Assembly: GCA_026390635.1 (NCBI GenBank)
Contig: JAPLFO010000139.1
Span: forward strand, 34,333-98,332
Direction: 5' to 3'
From: Ignavibacteriales bacterium
GTDB lineage: Bacteria; Bacteroidota; Ignavibacteria; UBA10030; UBA8401
Length of the DNA stretch: 64,000 nt
Shown: one piece after another, positions 11,297 to 21,411 of the stretch
Layout: each line of letters begins with the position of its first letter
How positions within the stretch are numbered: position 1 is the stretch's first letter
Notes under the pieces: generated by a model
Told to the model about the DNA's origin: nothing
Database searches by the model: none
What the model saw: only the letters and a program-made list of their open reading frames with translations
Translations under genes and position numbers: made by a program

Positions 11297-11893
11297 TTGC
11301 CGAGTCATCATCATCGGTACATTCTGCTTTTTAAGCCGTTCAATGTGCTTTCCCAGTTTACCGACAAAGAGGGGCGCTCAACACTTGCGTTGTTTGGCCC
11401 ATTTCCCAAAGAGGTCTATCCGGTCGGACGGCTTGACTTTGACAGCGAGGGACTGCTCCTGCTGACAGATGATACGGGATTGACCCACCGGCTGCTTGAA
11501 CCTCGTTTCGGTCATCCCCGCACTTATTGGGTGCAGGTTGAGGGAATTCCGACAGAGGATGCGTTGCGCCAGCTTCGCAGCGGCGTTATGATTCAAGATC
11601 AAAAAACTCTCCCCGCTGAAGCGCGAATTCTGCCGCTCGATCCCGCGTTCCCTGAACGGAGCGAACCGATCCGCGTACGGAAAAATATTATGACTCAGTG
11701 GATCGAATTGGTACTCCGCGAAGGTAGAAATCGACAGGTAAGGAAAATGACCGCTGCCGTCGGCTACTCGACACTTCGCATTGTCCGGGTCAGAATAGGA
11801 AACGTGGAGATCGGAGGATTGCAGCCCGGTGAACACCGGGAGCTGACTTCCGCAGAAATTCATTCTCTTCGACATTCAGTTCAACTTTCATAA
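11297..11893 (+). CDS. rRNA pseudouridine synthase (RsuA/RluE family)
   Basis: 198 aa with YPVGRLDFDSEGLLLLTDD (catalytic Asp motif of the RsuA/RluB/RluE family) and no S4 domain, so it is RluE-like. Confidence 0.7.
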   Translation: MPSHHHRYILLFKPFNVLSQFTDKEGRSTLALFGPFPKEVYPVGRLDFDSEGLLLLTDDTGLTHRLLEPRFGHPRTYWVQVEGIPTEDALRQLRSGVMIQDQKTLPAEARILPLDPAFPERSEPIRVRKNIMTQWIELVLREGRNRQVRKMTAAVGYSTLRIVRVRIGNVEIGGLQPGEHRELTSAEIHSLRHSVQLS

Positions 11894-11923
11894 ATCATCA
11901 CAATCCCCATGGAGGGGGCTTTC

Positions 11924-13261
11924 ATGAAATTGGTTCTCACTTCGTTCCTGCTATTCGCCGTCGGAGCTGTTGTCGCCGGAACGCCGCTCAATATTCCGTT
12001 CTAGAAATACGTTCTGCCGAACGGTGTCAACGTTATTCTTCACGAAGATCATTCTGTTCCAATTGTCTCTGTGAACGTCTGGTATCATGTCGGATCCAGC
12101 AGGGAGAAGCTGGGTAGAACGGGGTTTGCCCATCTCTTCGAGCACATGATGTTTCAGGGATCAGAACATGTCGATAAGGGTGGGCTCTTCGGAAAAATCC
12201 AGGATGCCGGTGGAACGCTGAACGGTTCAACCACCAATGATCGGACAAATTATTTTGAAACTGTTCCGAGTCAATTCCTTGAACTCGCACTCTGGCTTGA
12301 AGCTGATCGAATGGGATTTTTGCTTCCGTCCATGAATCAATCCAAACTCGACAATCAGCGGGACGTGGTCAAGAATGAGCGGCGTCAGAGCTATGATAAT
12401 CAACCCTATGGCCGTGCCGACGAAACGCTTTCGGCCATGATGTACGATGCTTCGCATCCATACGGCTAGCCCGTCATTGGATCGATGGCTGACCTGAGTG
12501 CGGCTTCTCTCGTCGATGTCAAGGATTTCTTCACACTGTATTACGCACTGAACAATGCCAGTCTCTGCGTTGCCGGAGACTTCAATCCCTCGCAAGCAAA
12601 AGAATGGGTCACAAAGTATTTCGGGAGCATCGCAAGGGGAAACGATGTGGCGCGAATTGAAATAGAGCAACCGGCAAAGAACGCTGCAAAGCGGGACATT
12701 ATGGAAGACCGCGTTCAATTGCCCCACCTGTATGTTGCCTGGCACTCCACGCCGTTGTCCGGAAAAGATGATGCAACGCTCGACGTTCTTGCGGATGTTC
12801 TTGCCGGCGGCAAGAACTCGCGATTCTACAAGACGCTGGTCTATGACAAACAAATTGCGTAGGATGTCGTTGCATATCAATACAGCCGCGAACGCGCCGG
12901 CGCCTTTCACATCGAAATCACCGCAAAGCCCGGAATCAGCCTGGCGGACGTCGAAAAAATCATGCGCGATGAAATTGCAAATGTGCAAAAGAATGGTGTA
13001 ACTGATCGCGAGGTCCAGCACGCGCGAAACGGTATTCGTTCTCAATTCGTTTTCCGGCTTCAATCCGTCGCCGGAAAATCCGACCAACTGAATCACTTCA
13101 ACGTCATGTGGGGAGATCCCGGCATGATCAACAAAGATCTTGCCCTGTACGACGGAATTACTCCCGAACAGGTACAAAATGCTGCAAAGAAGTACCGGAC
13201 TCCGAACACAATGGTTCTGAGCATTGTGCCAACGGGAAAACGGGAACTTGGCGCTCAATAA
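11924..13261 (+). pseudogene. M16 (pitrilysin-family) zinc peptidase, reading frame interrupted by three in-frame TAG codons
   Basis: A single frame is collinear with M16 peptidases for 446 codons (HLFEHMMFQGS = HxxEH zinc site, ...NERRQSYDNQPYG...). TAG codons at 12002-12004, 12467-12469 and 12860-12862 interrupt it, with no frameshifts. The RBS GGAGGGGG precedes the ATG at 11924. Confidence 0.7.
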
Positions 13262-13299
13262 CTTCCGACGATCATCACATGACCATGGAGTATGAACTC

Positions 13300-14738
13300 A
13301 TGAAATCGATAATGGTATTTTCATTTGTTGCGGTTCTCTGTGTCCCCGTCCTTGTTGCGCAAATAGACCGCAGCAAGGCGCCGGCACCACAACCCACACC
13401 ATCTATTTCACTTCCTAAAATTCAACGTACTGCACTTGCTAATGGCGCGACACTGATTGCTGTAGAGCATCATGAACTTCCCATTGTTCGGGTCCGCTTG
13501 ATTCTCAAATCGGGATCGTCGCTCGACCCCTCCGGCAAGGCCGGTGTTGCCAGTCTGACCGCACAAATGGTGCGTGAGGGAACCGAGAAGCGAACGTCTC
13601 TTCAGATAGATGATGAATTTGATTTTCTCGGCGCGAACTTCTTCATCACGTCTTCGGGAGATGCAACAACCGCATCTTTGCAGACACTGAAAGAGCCTCT
13701 CGATCGGTCTCTCGATGTGTTTGCGGATGTACTTTCACATCCATCGTTTCCATCGGCCGAATGGACGCGCGTTCAGCAACAACACCTGACAGGATTGTTG
13801 CAGCAAAAAGACCGCCCCACCACTGTTGCAAACAATGTGTTTGCGGCGTTGCTGTACGGCTCCGGCCATCCCTATGGCAGACCGGAAGACGGTACCGATC
13901 GAACCGTGCAATCTATTCTACTCGACGATGTGAGGGATTTCTATGCCAGGAATTACGTTTCGTTGAATGCGACAACCATCGTTGTCGGCGATATTGCGTT
14001 GGCTGAAATTCAATCTGCGCTTGATAAGCATTTTGCCGATTGGAAAAGTGCAACCGCACCGGGGGCCCGGTATTCGAACAGCCCGGCAATTGACGGCACA
14101 AAGATATTTCTTGTCGATAAGCCCAAACGGCTCAATCGGCTCAATCGGAAATCCGCATCGGTCATCTTGGCGCACCGCGCAATAGCGGCGACTACTATGC
14201 CCTGGCGATCATGAATATGATTCTCGGCGGACAATTCAGTTCCCGCATCAATCTGAATTTGCGCGAGGCAAAGGGCTATACATACGGCGTCCGTTCCGGA
14301 TTCACATGGAGAAGGGAAGTCGGTCCGTTTATCGCATCCTCCGGAGTGAAGATAGCAATCACAGACAGTGCTGTGATTGAAATTATGAGAGAATTGCACC
14401 GCATCAGAAAAGAAGATGTGGCCCCTGCAGAACTGGAACTTGCAAAAAATGGAATTATTCGAGGACAGCCACAGGGACTTGAAACGCCAATGCAGATCGT
14501 ACAGCAACTTTCGATGCTTGTGTTTTTTGGTTTGCCGGACACCTATTTCGACAACTTTGTTCAGAATATCGAACAGGTCGCCGCTGCCGATGTTCGCCGT
14601 GTTGCTGAAAAATATCCACGGCCGGATGCGGCAAATATTGTGATTGTGGGGGATGTTTCCGCGATCCGTCCGGGCCTAGATGCTCTGGGCTATGGAACGG
14701 TGACGATCGTGGACGTTGACGGAAAATCGATACAATAA
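13300..14738 (+). pseudogene. M16 peptidase non-catalytic partner subunit (signal peptide), disrupted by a -1 frameshift
   Basis: M16 fold without HxxEH (…VEHHELPIVRV…). The frame switches from the 13108 frame to the 14211 frame around 14122-14127 (…IFLVDKP | QTAQSAQSEIRIGHLGAPRNSGDYYALAIMNMILGG…). A 9-bp tandem duplication cggctcaat x2 sits at 14128-14145. Confidence 0.65.
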
Positions 14739-14759
14739 GAGTTTCCGCTTCTGCCAAAC

Positions 14760-14791
14760 GCCCTCTGAGGTTTTCGCCGGAGGGCTTTTTT
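14760..14791 (+). terminator. rho-independent terminator candidate downstream of the M16 pair
   Basis: gccctc-N14-gagggc stem followed by TTTTTT. Confidence 0.5.
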
Positions 14792-14792
14792 A

Positions 14793-16103
14793 TTACGTCT
14801 TCTGCTGTTTCTTCTTTGCAGCGGGAAAGAGGATGTTGTTCAGAATGAGCCGATAGCCCGGCGAATTTTTATGCAGCGCGAGATCTGTTGGAGGATCTCC
14901 CACTGCGTGTTGATAGTCTTCCGGATCATGACCGCCATAGAATGTGAATGTACCCCGACCGTAATTTCCGTGCAGATAACGAACCTCTTCCGTTCCTTCC
15001 CGCTCGGCAAGAATGACGACATTGGGTTTGACCAAGCGCTTCTTGAACGCGGTCGTCTGTCCCATGAACCCCTTGATAATATTGACATGATTCTGTGTCA
15101 ACATCGTTGGAACGGGATCATATTTTGCAGAGAATTCGAACAATGTAAAATAGTCTGTATCCGGATCACGGAGAGGAACCGGATCGCTCGGCGGAATGTC
15201 GATGTCCGAGTATTCATAGCGGAACGGATTCATCTCAAGAGTAAAATCTTGGAAGGCAAAGGTCTTCTTATAATCGAGGCGCTGCTGGGCGTTGCGATCT
15301 GACGGATCGCCATCGAACATTACGTCGCAGATATCCGTGTTTTCTGCGGCAAGGGCAATGTCGTAGCTGTCGGTGGCGGAACACATGGCAAACATAAAAC
15401 CACCGCTTCCGACAAAATCCTTGATGGCGCGGGCGACCGCTTTTTTTTCTTCTGAGACTTTCTTATATCCAAGTCTCTTCGCTTCCTTTTCATAGAGAAT
15501 TTGTTGTTCAATATACCATGCGGAATTGCGGTGTGATCCATAGAACTTTCCGTATTGACCGGTGAAATCCTCGTGATGGAGATGAAGCCAATCGCACTGC
15601 GCAAGTTTTCCCTGCAACACTTCATCATCCCAGAGTTTTTTGTATGGAATCTCCGCGTACTCCAGGGCAAGCGTCACCGCATCGTCCCACGGTTTGAATC
15701 CCGGCGGAACATAGACCCCTACCTTCGGGGCCTTTTCAAGTCGAATCACATCCTGGTTGTTGTCATCCCGGGCGATGGTGCCGTATATTTCGGCCGCGGC
15801 GGCAGCGCTCATCTCCTCGAACGACACACCCCGGATACGGCATTCATTTGCAATCTCGTTTGTGTTGTCAATCGCAAATGATCCTCCGCGATAATTCAGA
15901 AGCCAATCGATCTCAACGCCGTGCTCGAGCGCCCAGAATCCAATTCCGTATGCTTTCAAGTGGTTGGACTGCTTCGCGTCCATAGGGATGAGTAGCTTCT
16001 GCTGGGAGAAGGCGTTGAGGGCGCAGACTAGAAGAAATTGCACAATGACGATGAGTCGGCAAATTCCGAATGTTAGTACACAAAAAAAGTTCATACGCTG
16101 CAT
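14793..16103 (-). CDS. hypothetical secreted protein (N-terminal signal/TM; possible DJ-1/GATase1-like nucleophile elbow FAMCSAT)
   Basis: 436 aa with a hydrophobic N-terminus. No confident family assignment from sequence alone. Lies 39 nt downstream of the ECF sigma gene. Confidence 0.45.
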   Translation of the reverse strand: MQRMNFFCVLTFGICRLIVIVQFLLVCALNAFSQQKLLIPMDAKQSNHLKAYGIGFWALEHGVEIDWLLNYRGGSFAIDNTNEIANECRIRGVSFEEMSAAAAAEIYGTIARDDNNQDVIRLEKAPKVGVYVPPGFKPWDDAVTLALEYAEIPYKKLWDDEVLQGKLAQCDWLHLHHEDFTGQYGKFYGSHRNSAWYIEQQILYEKEAKRLGYKKVSEEKKAVARAIKDFVGSGGFMFAMCSATDSYDIALAAENTDICDVMFDGDPSDRNAQQRLDYKKTFAFQDFTLEMNPFRYEYSDIDIPPSDPVPLRDPDTDYFTLFEFSAKYDPVPTMLTQNHVNIIKGFMGQTTAFKKRLVKPNVVILAEREGTEEVRYLHGNYGRGTFTFYGGHDPEDYQHAVGDPPTDLALHKNSPGYRLILNNILFPAAKKKQQKT

Positions 16104-16141
16104 TATGCAACGTACGAACTTTCATTGATTAGAGCAACAGT

Positions 16142-16768
16142 TCAGGCGGCGGAGAGAACGATATCAAAGGCGCTGTCGGTCTCTTCTTCTTCCGCTGTTC
16201 CGGATTTAATGTAACCGTTCTTCTCGGCAAACGCTCGGAGTTTCTTTTGCATCACTTTGCGGGCACGATGGAGACGTGAGCGAACTGTGCCAAGTGGTAT
16301 ATTCAGAATTTCCGCGATTTCTTCGTACGTTAATCCTTCCAGATCGGAGAGAATGATAATCGTCCGGAATTCCTCTGTAAGACTCTCCATTGCTTTCACG
16401 ACCTCGTCGTCCAGAAGATTGTCAAACACTTGCTGCCGGAGGTCGTTGCCTTCGCCGGTGCGCTCTCTCACCAGATCATAGTATTCAGCAATCTCATCAT
16501 AGTCCACCTGATCGGGAGCCCGTGAGCTCTTGCGATAATCGTTGATGAAGGAATTCTTCATAATTCTGAAGAGCCACGCTTTGGCGTTTGTCCCTTTTTC
16601 GTACTTGTCAATAAACCGGTATGCTTTGAGAAAGGTATCCTGCAGAAGATCTTTCGCGTCGTCTGTACTGCCTGTGGTCTTGATGGCATAGTTGTAGAGC
16701 AGGTTCATGTGGGGAACCATTTCTTTCTTAAAGAGTGCCTCTTTCGCAGATGTTCTCATGGCTTTCAC
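16142..16768 (-). CDS. RNA polymerase ECF-type sigma-70 factor
   Basis: 208 aa with region 2 (…LLQDTFLKAYRFIDKY…) and region 4 helix-turn-helix (…LTYEEIAEILNIPLGTVRSRLHRARK…). Confidence 0.85.
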   Translation of the reverse strand: MKAMRTSAKEALFKKEMVPHMNLLYNYAIKTTGSTDDAKDLLQDTFLKAYRFIDKYEKGTNAKAWLFRIMKNSFINDYRKSSRAPDQVDYDEIAEYYDLVRERTGEGNDLRQQVFDNLLDDEVVKAMESLTEEFRTIIILSDLEGLTYEEIAEILNIPLGTVRSRLHRARKVMQKKLRAFAEKNGYIKSGTAEEEETDSAFDIVLSAA

Positions 16769-16998
16769 CTTTCAATGTTCTGTCCGTCTAAAGCATCTTA
16801 TACCCAATAGAACAAACGAGAGTTCCCGAACCCACAAAATCGTTGAATTTGGAGGTTTTTGCTGATTTCTGCCCGATTTGAGCGGATGGGGGGGTGGAGG
16901 CGGGGAAAAATCAGTCGGGGGACGGAATTATGTTCAGGAGGAAGCTCGGGATATCGAACTCTTTGGCCGAGCTCAGCGTCCAACAGGAATTGACGAGG

Positions 16999-18675
16999 TC
17001 AGACCTTCTCGGCGCCAAAGTCCCGGTATAGTTTTCCGAGCAGAGGGTGATCCTTTTCCGGTGTTGCAGGCGAGGACGTTGTTGCGACGGCCAGAACAGA
17101 TGGCAGCACCGGTGCATTCGCCTTGTGGAGAATTGGATTGACAGCAACAGACACTCCCGAGAGTTCGCAGAAGAGTTGTGTCAGATACTGTTGATTTCTT
17201 CGCAACGTGGAAAGATGGTACTCATCCGTACAGGCGATGCGAAATACTCCGACATGCACATCGAGCGGCGAGCACTTTTCAAGGATAGTGCCGACGCCAA
17301 TCTTTCCCCTTTTTGCGCTCTCAACAAACGCATCCCAATGCCCCCGCAATTGTTCGAAAGAAATCTTTGAGGCGGGCGGCGGCTGGGGAACTCGAACCGG
17401 CTCATTCTCTTTCCCGGTGAATGACTTCACCGGATTTGACTCGAATGGATTGGGTGTGCTTTGCGGGACGTATAGTGTTTTCTCTTCTGAGACCGCCGGG
17501 GACTTGTGCGCCGGCACTGTCGGAGCAACCGGACGCGGAACACCTCTCAGCGCTTCGATGTCCTGCAACAGCCGGCCAAGATCCACTGTTACGGAAATCT
17601 TCGCCATCTGTACGAGTGCCACCTCCAATGCGAATCTCGGCTGCGAGTGGTAGCGAAGCGAAGCCTCCGTATCGGTGGTGAGCTTACTCAATCGAAGGAT
17701 GTCTGCTTCTGTAAATTGCTCTGCCGCTGTCGCATATTGTGCCCGGTGAACTTCGGGCGCTTCGATCAATCGCGTTGAGCCGGTTGTCCTGGCGATGAGA
17801 AGGTTTCGCAAGTGCTCTGCTATTCCGGAGACGAATTCTTTCAGATCGTAGCCTGTCCGCACAACATCATCCACAAGCTGAAGCGCTGCACGCGAATCGT
17901 GTGCAGCAATTACATCGGTCACGCGAAAATAATATTCCAGATCAACAATATTCAGAACTGAAATAAGCTGCTTTGCCGTAATCCTGTCGTCGCAGAAGGA
18001 CACCGCCTGGTCAAAAAGGCTCTGCGCATCCCGCATCGCGCCGTCCGCCTTTTTAGCGATCATCAGCAGTGCATCGTCATCGATGGAAATTGTTTCTTGG
18101 CCGGCGATATGGCGAAGGCGTGACATAATGTCTTTAATGGAGATGCGCCGGAAATCGTACCTCTGGCAGCGGGAGATGATAGTGGTCGGAACTCTTTGAA
18201 TTTCCGTTGTTGCAAAAATGAAGATTACGTGCTCGGGTGGTTCTTCCAGCGTTTTCAACAGCGCATTAAACGCGCCTTTCGAAAGCATGTGAACTTCATC
18301 AATGATGTACACCCGTTTGCCACCACGCGACGGCGCGTAGCGCACCGCTTCCTTAATGCTGCGAATATCATCCACGCTGTTTGTGGAGGCGCCGTCGATT
18401 TCAATGATATCGAGGCTGCGGCCGGCATTAATCTCTTCGCAGATCTCGCATTCATTGCACGGATCGAAATTCTTTGGATGCAGACAGTTGACGGCCTTGG
18501 CGAGAATGCGGGCGGTTGTTGTCTTTCCGCAGCCGCGGCCGCCGGTAAAAATAAATGCGTGCGCCAACCGGTTCCCGGCAAGTGCATTGCGGAGAGTGTT
18601 GGAGATGTGTGATTGTCCAATGACATCATCGAACACCATTGGACGCCATTTACGGGCAGTGACTAAATAGGACAT
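16999..18675 (-). CDS. dnaX: DNA polymerase III subunit gamma/tau
   Basis: 558 aa with the N-terminal AAA+ clamp-loader motif FTGGRGCGKTTTARILAKAVNC followed by a Cys4 zinc module. Confidence 0.9.
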   Translation of the reverse strand: MSYLVTARKWRPMVFDDVIGQSHISNTLRNALAGNRLAHAFIFTGGRGCGKTTTARILAKAVNCLHPKNFDPCNECEICEEINAGRSLDIIEIDGASTNSVDDIRSIKEAVRYAPSRGGKRVYIIDEVHMLSKGAFNALLKTLEEPPEHVIFIFATTEIQRVPTTIISRCQRYDFRRISIKDIMSRLRHIAGQETISIDDDALLMIAKKADGAMRDAQSLFDQAVSFCDDRITAKQLISVLNIVDLEYYFRVTDVIAAHDSRAALQLVDDVVRTGYDLKEFVSGIAEHLRNLLIARTTGSTRLIEAPEVHRAQYATAAEQFTEADILRLSKLTTDTEASLRYHSQPRFALEVALVQMAKISVTVDLGRLLQDIEALRGVPRPVAPTVPAHKSPAVSEEKTLYVPQSTPNPFESNPVKSFTGKENEPVRVPQPPPASKISFEQLRGHWDAFVESAKRGKIGVGTILEKCSPLDVHVGVFRIACTDEYHLSTLRRNQQYLTQLFCELSGVSVAVNPILHKANAPVLPSVLAVATTSSPATPEKDHPLLGKLYRDFGAEKV

Positions 18676-18787
18676 AATTCCGCTTTGGTATTTAGTTTCC
18701 TCGCTACAGAGTTCACAGCGTTATGCTGCTGGAGATGTGAGCCGGCAATGTTCAGCCCGCCGATATTTTTCCTGTGGAAGCCTTCCA

Positions 18788-21172
18788 CTATTTTTTTCCA
18801 AAAACGTACGGCAGCGCCTGCTCGATGGTCTCGATGGGAATGATCTTCAGGCCATCTTTGACCTTCTCCTGAATTTCCACCAGATCTTTTTCATTTTCGC
18901 TCGGGATGAGCACCGTGGTAATTCCGTTGCGTTTTGCCGCGATGAGTTTTTCATTCAGCCCGCCGATCGGCAGAACATTTCCGCGGAGCGTAATTTCCCC
19001 TGTCATTGCGATATCCGCACGGGCGGGGATGCCGCGGAACACGGAAATCATCGCCATCGCCATTGTGATGCCGGCAGAGGGACCATCTTTGGGAATCGCG
19101 CCTTCGGGCAGATGAATGTGCACTTCTTTCTTTGTAAAGAAATCGTTCGGCAGTTTCAGTTTTTTCGCATTGGAGCGGATGTAGCTGAGCGCTGCATGCG
19201 CGGACTCCTTCATCACGTCGCCCAATTGGCCGGTGAGTGTCAGCCGCTCCGGACCGCGCATGACGGTTACATCGACTTCTAAAATGTCGCCGCCGACGCT
19301 TGTCCATGCGAGACCCGTCACCGAACCCACGCGCGGTTTTTGATCGGCATGACGTGCCCGGAATTTTGGAACTCCGAGGTACTGCTCTATATGCTTTTCA
19401 TCGACGATCAGCACGGCCGATTTTTTCTTTTTCTTCTTCTTGGAATTCTTCTCCAGCACAATTTCCTTTGCGATCTTCCTGCACACCGATGCAATCTCGC
19501 GTTCCAAATTACGGACACCGGCCTCACGCGTGTATTCACGCACGATCTTCATTAGAGAGGCATCGGGAATCTCGATCGATTTGTCTTTCAGCCCGTGTTC
19601 CATCATCTGCTTCGGAAGGATGTGCCGCCGTGCAATTTCGCGCTTGTCGTAATCCAGATATCCGGACAGTTCGATAATTTCCATGCGGTCCTGCAGCGGC
19701 AGCGGAATCTGGTAGCGCACGTTGGCGGTGGTGATGAACATCACACCGGACAGATCGTAGTCCACATCCAGATAGTGGTCGTTGAACGTATTGTTCTGCT
19801 CCGGATCGAGCACTTCAAGCAGGGCGGAGGCGGGATCGCCGTGGAAATCCATGCTCATCTTGTCCACTTCATCCATCAGCAGAACGGGATTTGTGCTGCC
19901 GGCACGTTTCATGGATTGAACGATCTTGCCCGGCATGGAGCCAATGTACGTACGGCGGTGACCGCGAATTTCCGCCTCATCTCTCACGCCGCCCAGTGAA
20001 ATGCGGACAAATTTTCTTCCAAGTCCGCGCGCGATCGATTTTGCAAGCGATGTTTTTCCGACGCCCGGTGGTCCGACAAGACAGAGGATTTGACCCTTCA
20101 TCTCCTTGACAAGATTTAGAACGGCGATGTGCTCCAGAATCCGTTCTTTCGGTTTCTCCAATCCAAAATGGTCTTCGTCAAGAATGGTCTTGACGTGATC
20201 GATCTTCAGATTGTCCTTGGTGCGCACATGCCATGGCACGCCGGTCAGCCAGTCCAGATAGTTGCGGGTGACGGTGAACTCCGGCGACATCGGCGGCGTT
20301 TTTTTCAGCTTGTTGAATTCCTCCATCGCCTTTTCGCGCGCCTCTTTCGGCATCTTTGCCTTTTCAATATCCTCCTTGATCTTCGCGAGTTCCGGTGACG
20401 ATTCATCCTCGCCCAGTTCATCCTGCAGAATCTTGATCTGCTCTTGAATGAAAAACTTGCGCTGTGATTTTTGAATATTTTCGTGCACCTTTGTGTCGAT
20501 CTCGCGTTCGATCTTCAGGACGCTGATCTCGCCGTTCAGAATGCGGATCATTTCCATGTACTGCTCGCGCGTGGTCTGAATGCGCAAGATCCGCTGTTTG
20601 GTTTCGACGTTTTGCGTAATGTTGGCGGCGATATAATACAGTTTGCGCTGCGGATCGTGGATATTGTCGAACGCGGAGAGAACTTCCGGCGGAATGTTCC
20701 GGTTGGTGCGGACGTATTCTGTGAATAAATTTGCCGCATGGCGGACGATTGCTTCAAGCTCTTTGGACGGTTTGGGTGAATCGCTCCAGAGTGCGACTTC
20801 TGCCTGCAGGAATTTTTCGTTGGGAAGATACTTCACGGCGGTCGCCTGCATCACGCCGTCCACCAGAATCTTCAGCATGCCGTTGGGCAGTTTAAGAATC
20901 TGTACAATGCGGGCGACAACGCCTTCCTTGAAAATATCGTCCTGTGTCGGTTCGTCGATGGTGGGATCCTGTTGCGCTGCAAGGAAAATATATTTGTCTG
21001 CCTCAAGCGCCGCGTTGGCTGCGTGCAGAGATGATTCACGGCCGACCAAAACCGGAAAAATCATATAGGGAAAAATCACCACATCCCGCAATGGTAGAAC
21101 GGGAAGCGTTGTGGGGATTGGTTCGGGAGGATCAACCAGTAATTCGGGTTGTTTTTTGTTCGATTGTGCCAT
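18788..21172 (-). CDS. lon: ATP-dependent Lon protease
   Basis: Lon N-domain, AAA+ (GPPGVGKTS) and an S16 protease domain with a catalytic Ser-Lys (…[10 protein letters not shown]…). The ORF extends to 21361, but the MAQSNKK start at 21170-21172 is preferred. It contains a lysine-run insertion. Confidence 0.9.
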   Translation of the reverse strand: MAQSNKKQPELLVDPPEPIPTTLPVLPLRDVVIFPYMIFPVLVGRESSLHAANAALEADKYIFLAAQQDPTIDEPTQDDIFKEGVVARIVQILKLPNGMLKILVDGVMQATAVKYLPNEKFLQAEVALWSDSPKPSKELEAIVRHAANLFTEYVRTNRNIPPEVLSAFDNIHDPQRKLYYIAANITQNVETKQRILRIQTTREQYMEMIRILNGEISVLKIEREIDTKVHENIQKSQRKFFIQEQIKILQDELGEDESSPELAKIKEDIEKAKMPKEAREKAMEEFNKLKKTPPMSPEFTVTRNYLDWLTGVPWHVRTKDNLKIDHVKTILDEDHFGLEKPKERILEHIAVLNLVKEMKGQILCLVGPPGVGKTSLAKSIARGLGRKFVRISLGGVRDEAEIRGHRRTYIGSMPGKIVQSMKRAGSTNPVLLMDEVDKMSMDFHGDPASALLEVLDPEQNNTFNDHYLDVDYDLSGVMFITTANVRYQIPLPLQDRMEIIELSGYLDYDKREIARRHILPKQMMEHGLKDKSIEIPDASLMKIVREYTREAGVRNLEREIASVCRKIAKEIVLEKNSKKKKKKKSAVLIVDEKHIEQYLGVPKFRARHADQKPRVGSVTGLAWTSVGGDILEVDVTVMRGPERLTLTGQLGDVMKESAHAALSYIRSNAKKLKLPNDFFTKKEVHIHLPEGAIPKDGPSAGITMAMAMISVFRGIPARADIAMTGEITLRGNVLPIGGLNEKLIAAKRNGITTVLIPSENEKDLVEIQEKVKDGLKIIPIETIEQALPYVFGKK

Positions 21173-21411
21173 GTGAGGATTGTGTTGATAAAAGAAAACA
21201 AGCGGAATATGTTTTTCCGCTTGCAGGGAAATAGAAATTTGAGTGGTAAAAGATAGGAAGAAAAAAGGCGATTTCCAAAAGGGATTAGAGTGCTGGCGCC
21301 GTGTGTTGCAAGCGATCCGCCGGGTATTGCCGATTACGGTGCACACTATGAGGCCTGTCACGCGCGTCCCGCTCCCGGCTTTTTCGCCGGGAGCGGAAAT
21401 CGGCGCTTCTG

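Noticed and set aside
11924-13261. Genome-wide TAG codon reassignment as explanation for the amber-interrupted M16 gene
   Set aside because: mnmE ends with the family-conserved C-terminus CIGK followed by TAG, and mnmG also ends with TAG. No other gene in the window needs TAG read-through.
14120-14130. Programmed -1 ribosomal frameshift in the second M16 gene
   Set aside because: The zero-frame sequence aag ccc aaa cgg is not an X-XXY-YYZ slippery heptamer and no downstream pseudoknot is evident. The adjacent 9-bp duplication favours a mutational lesion.
18676-18787. Possible SRP (4.5S/ffs) RNA upstream of dnaX, as in many bacteria
   Set aside because: On the minus strand there is a GCUG…GCCGG…CCAGCAGC string, but no GGAA tetraloop or domain IV symmetric loop can be formed.
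21173-21411. CIRCE heat-shock operator upstream of lon (ttagagtgct at about 21276)
   Set aside because: Only one half-site-like 9-mer is present, with no inverted partner at 9-nt spacing. The 8-bp hairpin at 21200-21225 is unrelated to CIRCE.
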